The notes under the pieces were generated by a model. That model saw nothing but the letters and a program-made list of their open reading frames with translations. It ran no database searches and was not told where the DNA came from. A program made the position numbers and the translations under genes. 64,000 nt of DNA from the human T2T-CHM13v2.0 reference genome, Homo sapiens: the NCBI RefSeq assembly GCF_009914755.1, contig NC_060945.1; one strand, 5' to 3'. This document shows positions 26,896 through 40,940 of this stretch, in pieces. Numbering within the stretch: the stretch's first letter is position 1; every line of letters starts with the position of its first letter.

Positions 26896-27316
26896 TGATG
26901 TGGTTTGGATCTGTTTCTCCACTCAAATCTCATGTCAAATCATAATCCCCGGTGTTGGGGGTGGAACCTTCTAGAAGGTAATTGGATTATGGGGATGAAT
27001 CCTTCATGAATGGCTTGGCACCATCCCTTTGGTGCTATTCTCATGATGGAGTTCTCACAGATCTGGTTGTTTAAAAATCTGTAGTACCTCTTCTCTTTCC
27101 CTCTTCCTCCTTCTCCAGCCACGTAAGACTTGCCTTCCTTTTCTTTGCCTTCTGCCATGATTGTAAGTTTCCTGAGGCCTTCCCAGAATCTGAGCAGGTG
27201 CCAGCATCATGGTTCCTATATAGCCTGCAGAATCATGAGCGAATTAAACCTCTTTTCTTTATAAGTTACCCAGTCTCAGGTCTTTCTTTCTAACAATGTG
27301 AGAACAGACTAATACA
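26896..27316 (+). mobile_element. MSTA-type MaLR LTR
   Basis: TGATGTGGTTTGGATCTGT..GAACAGACTAATACA; 5-bp TSD AAGGG/AAGAG. Confidence 0.9.
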
Positions 27317-27519
27317 AAGAGATATAGGAATTGTCATTTTATTAATTTGACATTAGTTCTCTGATGTATTAGAAAGGTTCATTAAAATGACTCACTTAAA
27401 ATTTAACAGATATAAATATGTAAACTATATATGAATCTACAGAATTTTAAAAGGAATTTTGAATAATGATATTTTATTTTCTAACCCTAGTAAAATCTGA
27501 AAAGGGGAATTTCACTGAG

Positions 27520-27879
27520 TGTCATGGTATGAATGTTTGTTTCCCACCAAATATATATGTTGAAAACTGATTTCCAATGTGATGCTCTTAGGAGATGGGC
27601 TTTTGGGAAGTTAGGTCATTAAGATGGAGCCCTCATGAGTGGGATCAGTGTCCTTATAAAAGAGGCCTCACAGAGAGCTTCCTTGTGCTTCTGTTATTTA
27701 AGAACATGGTGAGAAGACAGCATCTATGAGACAAAAAGTGAGACCTCACCAGACATCAAATCTGTTGCCATCTTGATATTAGACTTCCCAGTCTCCAGAA
27801 TGTGAAAAATAAATTTCTGTTGATTTTAAGCTACTCATTTTATGGTATTTTATTCCAGCAGGCTGAACTGACTAAAGCA
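27520..27879 (+). mobile_element. MLT1A-type MaLR LTR
   Basis: TGTCATGGTATGAATGTTTGT..GGAGCCCTCATGAGTGGGATCAGTG..AATAAATTTCTGTTG..GACTAAAGCA. Confidence 0.9.
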
Positions 27880-28505
27880 TTGAATTCTATAAGTCTATAG
27901 GTATACATAAATTAGTGTATTAAGGATGTACAACATATTTTATGTGTCACATTGATAGTAAAATTGAAGGCTTTTTCTGAATAAAGTTTGCTTTAAATTT
28001 GCACTGAGTTCCAGTAAGCTCATACACTACCTATTATATTAGAAATTTGAATTTGTAGCTGAATATTTCCTAAGTTCTTTGATTGAGACTGACACTTGTG
28101 CTTTTACAAAAGATGCAAAAGAATAAAGGATTTATCATATACAAACATCACTGCCTTGTTATTGGCCATCTTTATACGGGACTGAAATAACAAAGCTGGA
28201 TGGAAAAAAATATGAGTCATGATATCATATATGGTTTCTTACACATATTTCAATTCAAGAGGCACAACTAAATTTCAACAAAAACTCCCTGGGTCTTCTG
28301 GGGTAATTCCCATTAATCAAGTAGATTTTAAGAAGCAAGAACCATTTGACTATAGTTTTGATTAGAAAAGTCAGCGTCCTAAGGTTGTAGTCACTAGGAA
28401 TGGGAACATAAGCCTGGACAAAGGCACGAACAGAGCTGCCTTCTTAATGACTTTTCTATTTTGGTTGCTGGGTTTAACTAAATATGAGTTTTTAATGTTT
28501 TCTGG

Positions 28506-28508
<3 letters not shown>

Positions 28509-28548
<40 letters not shown>
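28509..28548. repeat. (TA)n microsatellite
   Basis: Direct reading. Confidence 0.95.
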
Positions 28549-28550
<2 letters not shown>

Positions 28551-28764
28551 CTTTTGATTCTCGATTCTCATTTGCTTCACCTCATATATGATTTTATTCA
28601 ATCACTTTCCTGGCATATCCATTACTTTTCTACTTTTTCAGTCTCTTCCTCTGTGTACTCTCAGCACTTCCTAAAATGCACTTTTTAGTATTTTTCTCTG
28701 TTTTACTCATGCTTCTTTTCTTTCTCACCTTTTGTTCTGAGTTAATTATAATCCCTCAAAGAGA

Positions 28765-29885
28765 TAATTCAACAAACTAAAGCCAAAGCTAGCAGAATAA
28801 AATAAATAATATATATGCAAACAGAAGGAAATGAAATTGAGAACAAAAGAACAGTATAAAAGATCAGGATAAAAGATGGTTCTTTGAAAAGATAAACAAA
28901 TTTGACAGACTGCTAGCCAAACTAAGCAAGAAAAAAAGAGCGAAGATCCACATAAACAAAATCAGCAATGAAAAAGGAGACATTACAACTGATACTACAG
29001 AAATATATAGCATCAGCAGAGATCACTATCAACAACCATACACTCAAAAACTAGAAAACCTAGAAGAAAACTGATAAATTCCTGAAAACATTCAACCTCC
29101 CAAGATTGAACCAGGAACAAATAGAAATGCAAGTTAATACCATAAGATATTACCTTATACCAGTCAGAATGTCTAATATTAAATAGGCAAAAAATAACAG
29201 ATGTTGTCAAGGATTTGGAGAAAAGGGAATGCTTTTACACTCTTGATGGGAATTTAAACTAGTATATCCTTTGTAGAAAACAGTATGAAGATTTCTCAAA
29301 TAACTAAAAATAGAATAGATTCAGCAATCTCACTACTGCGTATCTACCTTCCAAAAAATAAATCATTATATTAAAAAACACCTGCACTTTTATGTTTATT
29401 GCAGAACTATTCAGAATAGCAAAAGTATAGAATCAACCTCTGTCTATCAATGGATGATTGGACACAGAAAATGTTTGTACAAGTTCATCGACACTGGATA
29501 AAGAAAATGTGACATATATGCAATGGAATATTATATAGCCATAACAAAAGAATGACACCTTGTCTTTTGCAGCAACATGATTGGAACTGGAGGCCATTAA
29601 CTTAAGTGAAATAACTTAGAAACAGGAAGTCAAACACCACATGTTCTCACTTATAAGTGGAAGCTAAATAATGTGTACAAATATAGAGTGCAAATTAATA
29701 AACATTGGAGACTCAGAAAGGTGGGAGGATAGAAGGCGATAAGGAATGAGAAACTACTTATGCATATAATGTACACTATTTGGGTGATGGTTATCCTAAA
29801 AGCCCAGACTTCACCAGTATGCAATATATCCATTTAATACAACTGTACTTGTATTCCGTATACACATACAAAATTAAAAATATAT
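28765..29885 (+). mobile_element. L1PB (PB3/PB4-like) with a large internal ORF2 deletion
   Basis: Early ORF2 (GAAAAAGGAGACATTACAACTGATAC..CCAAGATTGAACCAGGAA) joined at about 29125 to late ORF2 and 3'UTR (AGCCCAGACTTCACCAGTATGCAATATATCC). Confidence 0.85.
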
Positions 29886-29894
29886 ATATAATAC

Positions 29895-30444
29895 AAGTTC
29901 TAAATTCTAACATCTCTGAATATGACCTTATTTTTTAATAGGGGGCAGACCTGTAATCCCACTACTTTGAGAGGCCAGAGCAGAAGGATTACTTGAAGCC
30001 AAGAGTTCAACACCAGCCTGGGCAGCAAAGTGAGACCCCATCTCTATTAAAAAAATAAAAAGCAAATAGGATCTTCACAGATATAATCAAGTTATTCCTT
30101 ATATATACACAGGATTAGAGTGATCCCTAATCTAATGCCTAGTGTCCTTATAAAAAGAGAAAAATTTGCACAGAGAAACTCAAACAGGAGAAGACCATGA
30201 GAGATGGAGGTGGAGATTGTAATGATGTGTCTACAAACCAACAAATACAAAGGGTTGCTGGTGATCACTAGAATCTAGGAAGAGGCAAAGAAGTTTCCTT
30301 TCTTAGAGACTTCAAAGAAAGCTTTGACTTGCCGAGACCTTGATTTCAGACTTTTCGCCTTTTAAGAGTGAGGGGATAAATTTATACTGTTTTAAGCAAG
30401 ATAATTTGTGATATTTTGTCACAGCAGCCCTAGGAACTGATACA
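29895..30444 (+). mobile_element. MLT1C-type LTR interrupted by a FLAM
   Basis: CTGAATATGACCTTATT | GATCTTCACAGATATAATCAAGTT..ACAGCAGCCCTAGGAACTGATACA. Confidence 0.85.
29943..30064 (+). mobile_element. FLAM / Alu monomer
   Basis: CCTGTAATCCCACTACTTTG..GAGTTCAACACCAGCCTGGGCAGCAAAGTGAGACCCCATCTCTA plus A tail; TSD AATAGG (29937-29942, 30065-30070). Confidence 0.85.
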
Positions 30445-32573
30445 CCTGCCAAAACAAACATGTTTATAAAGTTTTGACTATTTTTTGCAATTATGTTAAA
30501 TGAACTACACTGTGAAATAGACAAAATTAATATTACTGTACTACTTCTTCTTATTTGACTTTTTATAGAAGAAAATTATATCTACTCTAAGGGACATAGA
30601 CATCCCCAAATATGTTGAGATGAATATTATTCCTATTTGTGAAGTTTGATATTGATAATAAGAACAATGTCAGACATGTATTTGCCAACTGAGTGCAACT
30701 TTTGCTCAATCATATGTATATATGTTTAGAGGCTATTATTCCTTAATATTATCCTCACTCAGTCTTTACCTAATTCATGGTGTAATGCCCAGCTTTTTTT
30801 CCATATGCTTAGCAGGACAATCACTGTTGAGGGACTGATTTTTTCCTCTGCTTTTGCACTACATATCTAAACTGGCTAGTTTTATTTCTGCTACCAGGCT
30901 TGTGGTTACACCTTTTTACATATGACTACATTTTACCTAAAATTAAAATAAATTTTAATAGAGAATGAAAAATTTCTTCCTAATAGTGAGCTTTGTTTAC
31001 TTGCAGATTGTGAAGAGTTTTAGCAAGTTATATTGGGTTTGAATTTTAATCCTTAATACAATTTATCTCCTGCTGTAATAGACACTTTGCTCTGAGGTTA
31101 TTTTTGGGTTCACAAGGGAATACAGACAGAGGACTGGGTCAAGGATAGTAGTGACAGAATTTTATCAGTTATCCTGAACTTGGAGGAAGGTAGACACTAG
31201 GCGTCTCCTAATATAGCAGAATGAAAGTGGCCAGGGAAACTTCTGGATCTTGGGATGGTTTGAGCAAAGATTTTACCCCTATTTGTGAGGAGTGACCTGA
31301 AGTGTTTGCTCAATGAGGTGTGACCATTAGCTCCAATACAGAATGGAAGTCCACTCTCTTCATCTGATTTTGGAGTGAAAAGTTTTTTTCTACTCAAAGA
31401 CCCCAACTTAACTGATCAGGTATATCTGGTTTTAGAGCTAAAATCACCTCAGCATGCTAGTTCACTGTTCTTTTTTATATTTTGAGTAATTCTGAAATTG
31501 TTGTCTTTATATCCTATAAATGAATATGCAAATGTCTAATTTTTACATTTAACTGAACATATTTATAAATCATATTAACAATGCTCCACAATTCATTCAT
31601 TTTAATATTATAATTGACAATCATATTTAACATTAAATATAATGTTAAATTTCTCCATACTTTGGTAATTATCTTGGCAGAAGGAAAAAAACTTAGGCAA
31701 AAATACATTCTTACAACTTTGGATATATCACCATATTCAAATGCTTTGTAGATGGGTTATGTTTAATTCTGAGGAAGATTATTTTGATGAGGAGAAAATG
31801 TCCAAATGAACTTTTCAGGATCCTAAGTTTTCTGTAATTCAATTATTTTAAATCAAGAAAATATTCTGTTTACTGAAGAAAAGTTTAAATAAAAGCAGAT
31901 TAGGTGTTGTGGCATACATTAAAGTAGATAAGATTAAAATATGTTTTTTCCTTTAATAACCAAAACCAATAGTGTCTGTTTCTCATGTTAGTGATCCTTC
32001 ATTCAATGAGAAAGAAGTATGCAGATATTTAAAATATTTAAATGTTTTCTGAATTATAATTTGGGAGAGATGACAAAAAGTTACATCCAGCATTGCATAC
32101 AGTAAATATTCTAAAAATGTTTTAAAAAACGTAGACTTTAAACTCTTTGACAGATAATAGTAAGTCCTAAAATTGGCGAATGTCCTATTCTCCACCTTCT
32201 GCATCACAATTGTGTTAACTTATGGTTCCTTGTTTTCATTTTTGGTTTTGATGTGTTTATGAATAGGAGAATGAATATTCAATATGAAGTTTATAACTTG
32301 AGCAATTATGTTCTCTAGACTCTATTTCTGATTTTTACAGTGTATGTTAAATATTTCAATTACTGAGTCAAATATCCTAAGCTTTCTCAAAGATGTTAAA
32401 ATATAACAACAAAAGCAAACAACAACAAAACTGAGCTATCTTGGATGTCAAAGGCATATGGCATATTTTTTATCAAGGAGGAAGAATATTGTGCTTTTAA
32501 ATTATTATAATACTACACATTGCTAGTGGTGAATTTTGAGCTTTTGCAAATAGGAGAAAATATTTTTATATTT

Positions 32574-33067
32574 ACTAGATTTAGGATATGCTACCCAAAA
32601 ATATAATACTTTGGCATATTGGATATTGTAAGCTGAATAAATTTGAGAAATGGCAAGTGCAGGAAGAATTTTCCTACCTTGCACTGAAGCAGATCATAAG
32701 ATCCTCATGTGAGAAATGTCCTCTTTACACCATGGGAAAGAAGTGACCTTATCTGTGAAGGTGGAAGGACACCAAGAAGAATCTGAATGAACAGGTATTG
32801 TCAAGTTTCCACTAGTTTACTACACTTAGCTCAAATCCTGTTGTCTTCTTATGTTTTCCCATGATTCCACTTTTCATCAAACTTGGTATACAAACACTCA
32901 GTTTGACAGTTCATTTTGGTCTCCATTTCCTCATCAAGGCCCCCATGTCATGTAAAATTTGTATTAAAAAATTTTTTATGATTTTCTATTGATAATATGT
33001 ATTTTGTTACTGGGGCTTCAGCTGAGAACCTAAAAGGATAGAAAGAAAATATTTTTCCTCCTCTATA
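32574..33067 (+). mobile_element. MER34-family ERV1 solo LTR
   Basis: ATGCTACCCAAAAATATAATACTTTGGCATATTG..GAAGCAGATCATAAGA..ATTAAA..TTTTTCCTCCTCTATA. Confidence 0.7.
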
Positions 33068-33152
33068 ATATTTTCCAAATTTTTCTCTAATCAATTTTTC
33101 TTGACTGAAGATTGTAATTTGGTGACAAAAAGAATGGCCTTGGTAGTATATA

Positions 33153-33478
33153 CAGCCATGCGTCGCTTAATGATGGGGATGGGTTCTGAGAAATAAGTAG
33201 TTTTGGTGATTTTGTCATTGTGCAAGCATCACAGAATGTACTTACACAACCTAGATAGTGTAGCCTACTACATACCTAGATTATAAGGCATAGCCTATTG
33301 CTCCTGGGCTACAAACCTCAACAAGATGTTATTGTAGTGAATATTGTAGACAATTGTAACATAATGGTAAGTATTTGTGCATCTAAGTGTAGAAAAGGCA
33401 CAATAAAAATACTGCATTACACTGTCATATGCCATCCATTGTTGACCTGAAACATCATCATTACATGGTACGGGATTG
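33153..33478 (+). mobile_element. Tigger3a (MER7A)
   Basis: CAGCCATGCGTCGCTTAATGATGGGGAT..TAGCCTATTGCTCCTGGGCTACAAACCT..; TA flanks at 33151-33152 and 33479-33480. Confidence 0.9.
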
Positions 33479-33554
33479 TATATATTTCCCAAAATAGTTA
33501 TACTATATGTCATAATAAATTCTGATTATTAGTGTTTTTAAAATGTAAATCTGA

Positions 33555-34310
33555 TAAAAATATTTCCTGAGAACATACAATGTGACAGGCATGGCTCTAC
33601 GTATTTGGGACTTAACACTGAAGAGAAAACAAAGGTCCTGACCTTGAGGAATTCTGGAAGATGAAAGAGTCCATAACTATGCATATAAGTATGTGGCACA
33701 CAGAAGGATGAAGAGAGTGATAGGGAAAGGGGTGGGGAGGTAAAGGAGAAGTTCTTTGGCCCTAGAAAGAATGGTTGGCATGTAGTGGGTGGTGGTGGTG
33801 GTGGTGGTGGTGGTTGTGGGGTGTGTGTGTGTGTGTATGCATGTTGGGGAGAGATGGTAGAGCTCATTGGGTGGGTAAGATTTGAATCAAGATCTGAATA
33901 AAGTTAGAAATTCAGTTTTTGGAGGCAGAACAGCTGGAACAAAGCTCTTATGTAGAGAAGTTGACTATCATATCTGAGGAATAGCAGGAAGGTCACGGTG
34001 ACCAAAATCGAGCGTGCAAGGGTGGGATTATAACAGATAAAGTCAAAGAGGTAACAGGTGGGCTATTGTAGAGAACTGACGATCATAATGAGGACTTTGG
34101 CTATTTACTGTGATTGAAATAAGGAGCATTTACAAACTTTTGAACCGGTTTACATTCAAAAAATTCTCACTCTAGCTGCTATAATGGAGAATAGAGTTTA
34201 GGAGGACAAGCGTAAATAATGGAAGACATGTTAGGAAACTACTGCAGATATCAAGGTAAAAGAGTACTGTGGCTTGGGGATACGGGCCATCAGAGATAGA
34301 AATGGTCAGA
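33555..34310 (-). mobile_element. L2 remnant containing a (GGT)n(GT)n tract
   Basis: Reverse L2 signatures (AATGTGACAGGCATGGCTCTA..GAGGACTTTGGCTATTTACT..CACTCTAGCTGCT). Confidence 0.7.
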
Positions 34311-35691
34311 AACTAAGAACTGCGCCAGCATGATTCCCTAATGCAGAAATTTCTTAACTCCATATAGATGCAGCTTTAAAGCATAAAACAGGACGCTAAA
34401 ATAATTAAAGTAACACACTGAAATATTTATTAAGTAACAAATTGCTATTATTTGATTAGTGTCCATATATTTCTATTTAAAATACTAAGTAAAAATTCCT
34501 TTTAAATAAATATAAAAATCTGTATATGTAAAACTAAAATTAAAAAATATGTATATTGATTAACTGAACATTGAAACATAATATAAGCAAAATAATTATT
34601 CTTCATCCATTTCTATATATCGTAATCAGTTTTTAACTATATTTTTTCTATAATGTTATGTCTTCTGTGTTTCTTAAAGCATATTTTTAAAAATTATTGT
34701 GTATTTTTTATTTTATTTTTCTATAATTTCCTGTAATCAGGTTTAAATAATTATTCTTATCTTCTAATAATTTTATCTTCAGTCCTGACATTCTGCATTT
34801 TTATGGTTAATACGTTTAAAATCATTGCATGTAATTGATTCTACTCTCTATAACAAAACAAATTTCACTGAGAAATCATTCTGTAGAGACTTTGAGAGAC
34901 CCGATAAACTAAGAGAAAATGCTGCCAGAGGATATTCCCTGTTCTACTTTTTTCATTTTACAACATTAATATTTCCATCAAAATATTGTTATATAGGCTA
35001 TCTTGCCATTACTGATACTATCATTTTCCAAGAAAGTTTTTCAAGTTAAAGCTTATCAAATAATCTCTATTATTTGAATATATTACAAAAAAAGGTATTA
35101 AAATTATTGTCGATTTTATTTTCTCCCAAACAGTACATAAATTAATCCAGATAAAAAAATAGAAGCTCTAGACAAAGATTCTTGCCACAAATATATTATC
35201 TTTTAGTTTGTTTTTATAGTTCCAGTTTTCTTGTTTGCAATCCCTTTTTATAGTGACTGAATTATTCTAACAGTTTTGAAAGTGGAAATTTTGTGACATT
35301 GCAGTTAGTGAACACTTTGATTAAAGATGTACAACTAATTTAGAAAAATAAAATGAAATTTAAATTAAAGGACTCATTTGCAATAATACTCAAAACCATT
35401 AGTGGGACATTTGGGTTGATTTTAAAGTAATTCTTCAGATTTTCTAATGTCTGCTTTTTAATGAACATCAAAGAAAGAAAGCTATTTGCAATGCTGAAGA
35501 CTATTTTGCATTTAATATCAGCGTTATCAAAATATTGTGGCTCAGTACCACGAATGTCTATTTTTTTTAATTATATGCACTTTGACAAGCACAGCTTTTA
35601 TTTTAATTGGCAAAATATTGATGCGTGCTTGGGCACAATATAAGTTAGGTGTCCATCATCCTCAATTTTAAGTTCAATTTTCTTGCACTGA

Positions 35692-36023
<332 letters not shown>

Positions 36024-36579
36024 TCTTGCATTGATTTCTTACTCTAGTATTTGTACTATTAATTCAAGAACTAATAATTTTATCTTCAATCCTGAAATTA
36101 TAAAATTGTTTACAATTTACAATAACATTCAACATGTCAGATGGTTCATCTTTGATAGAATAAATTCTAAACTTGTACTTTCACTCACTTAATTGAATTT
36201 AAAAATATCAATCTATTATTGGAGTTTACTTAATCGATTTCCTATTTGAAGCACTTTATAATGCTGAAGAAGTCTTCATTTTACTGTTTGGAAGTTCTGC
36301 TAAAGAAGCTACCATATTAGGAGGTATTGGTTCATTTCTTCATGCACAAGAGAATATTAGAATTAAATAATGATATAATTAATTTAGAAGATTTGTAATT
36401 TGATCTAAATAAAAATTCTTGCTTCACAAGATGATATGCAAACGTATCTCCATGGCTAGAATTTCTTTCTATTGTCCCTTGTGGGCATAAACTTTTTTAA
36501 AATACCGACTTTAAAGTAGAAACGGGATAGACATCCATTTTTTTTTTCTGCTTTTATGTGGTTAATAGTACCAGTATAG

Positions 36580-36954
36580 GGCCGGGCTCAGTGGCTCACA
36601 CCCGTAATCCCAGCACTTTAGGAGGCTGAGGTGGGCGGATCACGAGGTCAGGAGATCGAGACCATCCTGGCTAACACGGTGAAACCCTGTCTCTACTAAA
36701 AATACAAAAAATTAGCCAGGCGTGGTGGTGAGCGCCTGTAGTCCCAGCTACTCTGGAGGCTGAGGCAAGAGAATGGCATGAACCCGGGAGATGGGGTCAT
36801 CGAGACCATCCTGGCTAACACAGTGAAACCCATCTCTACTAAAAATACAAAAAATTAGCCAGGCGTGGTGGTGAGCGCCTGTAGTACCAGCTACTCTGGA
36901 GGCTGAGGCAAGAGAATGGCATGAACCCGGGAGATGGGGTCACGCCAGAGCTTG
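36580..36954 (+). mobile_element. AluY, 3'-truncated, with an internal tandem duplication
   Basis: AluY diagnostics; 36655-36798 repeated at 36799-36941; no poly-A tail or TSD. Confidence 0.9.
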
Positions 36955-37975
36955 GACGTGTTTTGCTATTTGTGAGTGAGAGCTGCTTGTTTTTCCAGTG
37001 AGCATCATGCATGGTATGCTTGAATGAGAAGTGTTAGTTACTTTAAATTTGGAAAACTTTGAAAAAAGAGAGATGCATATCACTACACAGATTTCAGGTA
37101 TAATACATGTTCAATTGATAAGTCTATTCATTGCACATACATCTCGATCACTGATAAAGAAGATCTGGAAGAACTTGTAGTTCAACAAAACCCAGCGTGA
37201 CTAATTTTAACACAACTATTAGGAAGCTGATTTCATTAAAAATGAAAAATCTTACTCAGTAGCTAAATTGGAAAAGACATTGGGAAAACATGGATAAACC
37301 TAGCATGCCCCAGGCAAAACAGTTTGTATGGTCACACTAGGAATAAAAGGAAAAAAAAAGTCAAATTTTACTGTCTATATTTAAAATAAAATTAAAAGAA
37401 AAAAACTGAAGTCAATGGGCTCTAAGAATAAAGCTAGACCATGATTCCATCAAAAAGTCTTTGTTGATTAACTCACTTGAGAGATCAACAATACTGAAAC
37501 CAAGTAGCCTCACATCTGTGAGGCAAAGATAGAGACGAAGATGCTGGATGTCCTCTGGCCAAGAACATTGAGCACTTTGAATCTGTATTTTTAGTGGAGT
37601 TATAAAATAGATTTTCATGATTTCTTACACAATGGGAGGAAAAAACAAAAACAAAAGACCCAGAACAAAGAATCTGATAGGCAGCAGATGTCCTGAGAAA
37701 CATCCACAAGGCAGATGGCAGCAATGTGTCAATAACAAACAGACCTATGGGATAGAAACAGCATGACAAATATCATATGGAAGAATTTACTTAACTATTT
37801 CACATTTTCTTTAAAAAAAGTCATGACTTATGATTACCTAGATAGCATACAGATATAATAACCTGTAGGGGAAGAAGGAAGAGAGAGATAAAGACCATTG
37901 GGAGGAATACAGAAATAAAAATCTATATTGGATGCTGTACTGGTCAGCATACACATGACCAGCTTTAGAATTTGA

Positions 37976-38318
<343 letters not shown>

Positions 38319-39870
38319 GAGGTGGAATTTCTATATGTTATTCAATGTTATAAAAACTTTTATTGTCAAACATATTTTAAATATATTTTAAGATGTATAT
38401 CCCCTTTCACTTGTTAACAAAATACATTGCCTATAAATATATGGCCCATGCCTCTACAATATAACCTCCTTTCCCCACCTTTCCCACAAAGGTGAAGAAT
38501 CTCAGTATCTTCTGAATTTCATTTTTAAAATGTCCTGTCTTGAAAAGTGAGATTTAGAATGAGGAATCTATTTTCTGACTTACAAGTTCAGAAGGTCATC
38601 CACTAAAATAGTTTGAAAAAAAATCCACCTGCTTGAAAGAATAAGCCATATCAGTTTAAATATTGAAACCTGATTAGATCATGAATAGCCGGGCAATAGA
38701 ACTCAGTGACAAGACAAGGGAGAATGTTTAGAAAATGGATTCACCATTTATCCTTACACATAGCATACATGAAACATTTTATTTGCCTTGAAACAAATAT
38801 ATTTGCCTTTTAAATTGTTTCACCAGTTTTCGTGTAGACACATCAGAAATGTTATAATTATTTAATAATCATAAGTTCCCTTTTTAATTTTAAAACCTTT
38901 TATATATTTCAGTTATAACACCATTGCAATTATTTAATGTTTTAACTTTATCCAAAATGCCAATAACTTCACTGTATAAAACTATGAAAGAGCATGATAT
39001 CCACATTGTAAATGGAACATTGGCATTTTGTATTAAAATGTTACCACACAAGTTGTATAAATACTAAATTGCTCAGGACAAAGACTAAATCCTCACTGTA
39101 TTTTGGCAAGTGGCAATGAACTGATCATTCATCGGGACTTGCTTTCTTCAAATACTAAGATTGACTACTACAGAAAATATGATGGGCTAATTTTCAAGCC
39201 AACTGCCTAAAATGTACAATTTATTGAAAAGAAAACGTGACTTTTTTGCATTTCTTCTTTAGCTATCTTCATTACCTTTATTTTAAAGAAAGCATATTAA
39301 AAGAGCAGGATGATTACATGGTTCTATGCATTGTATAACTTGTTGGAAACCTTAATTTACTGACATAGAATTAAGTTTGTGCTGTATTTACAGATAAAAA
39401 CTACTAGCATAAATTTATATTTTCAATAGCTTTTAAAATTTGGCTATTTGCTTGAATAGTTTATAGGACTGGTCTACATTTTATTATATAATAATAAAAT
39501 ATTTAATAACATTTATCAATAAGTCACATGATATTCTAATAAGATACTCTGAGAAGTAGTGTCAATATTATTTGAAAAATATATTGTATGACAATATTTC
39601 AGCTAAATATAAAATTTTATTTACATAATGATTAATATTAAAAAATAAACAGGTCTCATAACAGGAATTTCTGTCGAATAGGATTTATCTTCCTTTGAAA
39701 GGTCCAAGCATTATTTGGAAGTTTAAACAAAATAGAACTTCATTTTTATAAAGTGGGCAAGGTACCTCGTTTACAGTTTTAAAAAATCAAGATTTTAAAA
39801 TATAGATGAGAACTAACAGTTCTGTGAGCATAAGGACAGTGCTGGATATCAGTTATTATTTTCATTTTAT

Positions 39871-40310
39871 TGTATTAGTATGAACTTGGTTTGGCCTTGA
39901 CTAACGGAGACTTAATAGTGACTTCAATAAAATTAAAGCTTATTTCTGTCATAAGCAGCATCCAGGTGTGGTGTGTCACTTCCATGAATAACAGGGTCTC
40001 TGGCTCCCATTTTCTTTCTGATGTGCCATCCACAGAATGCAGCTTCCACCTCGTGATGCAATATGTTTGTTCTTACTGAAGCTGTAATTTCAGCATTCCA
40101 ACTAACAGGAGGGAGGAAAAGCCTATACCCTCTCTCTTTTTCAGACACTTCATAGAATTTATATTAAGTGATTTATGTGTCTCCCAAACCACAAATAAGT
40201 CCAAGGCCACACAGCTAGCTTTGAGAAAGGCTGGGTAACGTAATTTATTTTGGTACCCAGGTGTGAAACAAAAATCAAAAGTTTTTACAATATTGGAAAT
40301 ATTGGAAACA
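39871..40310 (-). mobile_element. Old MLT1 (J/K-like) LTR
   Basis: TGTATTAGT start..TCTCTGGCTCCCATTTTC..GGCCACACAGCTAGCTTTGAGAAAGGCTGGGTAACGTAAT. Confidence 0.55.
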
Positions 40311-40656
40311 GAAGTACTTAAAAATCAAGTAATTTTTTAGACAATTTCTAAAGCCTAAAATAATGATACTAATAGAAATGTGTATATAGATATTAAACTC
40401 ATACATTGAATCGACCAAATTTGGTTTAATTTACATTCTTAATATTCTCTGTAATCTTTTTCTTATATGATTTGAATTGAATTAAAAAAATAGTTTTCAC
40501 ATGAATTTAATGTTTAACCAAAGTTTCAGTCTATTTTCCCTTGATTTATATTTGTCTTGAAGTTGTTTATAAAATTAAATCATTAATACTTCAGAATAGG
40601 TCAATCTTTACTCATAAAATGTTTCATCTAGTACAGTGTGGTGATTCAGGAAATAA

Positions 40657-40940
40657 GCTAGGTGCCGTGGCTCATGCCTGTAATCACAGCATTTTGGGAG
40701 GCCAAGATGGGAGAATTGCTTGAGGCAGCATTTCAAGACCAGCCTTGACAATATAGCAAAATCCTGTCTCTACAATTTTTTTTAGAAAAATTAACTAGGT
40801 GAGGTGGCAAGAACCTGTGGTGCCACCTGCTCAGAAGGCTGAGGGAGGAAGATCACCTGAGCCCAGAAGTTTGAGGCTGCAGTGGACTATTATCATGCTA
40901 CTGCACTGCAACCTGGGCAACAGAGTGAGACCCTGTTTCT
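40657..40940 (+). mobile_element. AluJ; its tail resumes at about 41365 after an L1 insertion
   Basis: AluJ diagnostics (GAATTGCTTGAGG, TGAGCCCAGAAGTTTGAGGCTGCAGTG, GGCAACAGAGTGAGACCCTG). Confidence 0.9.

Noticed and set aside
33538-33867. Poly-proline ORF
   Set aside because: Reverse translation of the (GGT)n(GT)n microsatellite within L2
37507-37524. Palindrome GCCTCACA-TC-TGTGAGGC
   Set aside because: An 8-bp stem is expected by chance in 64 kb, and it is too short for a pre-miRNA
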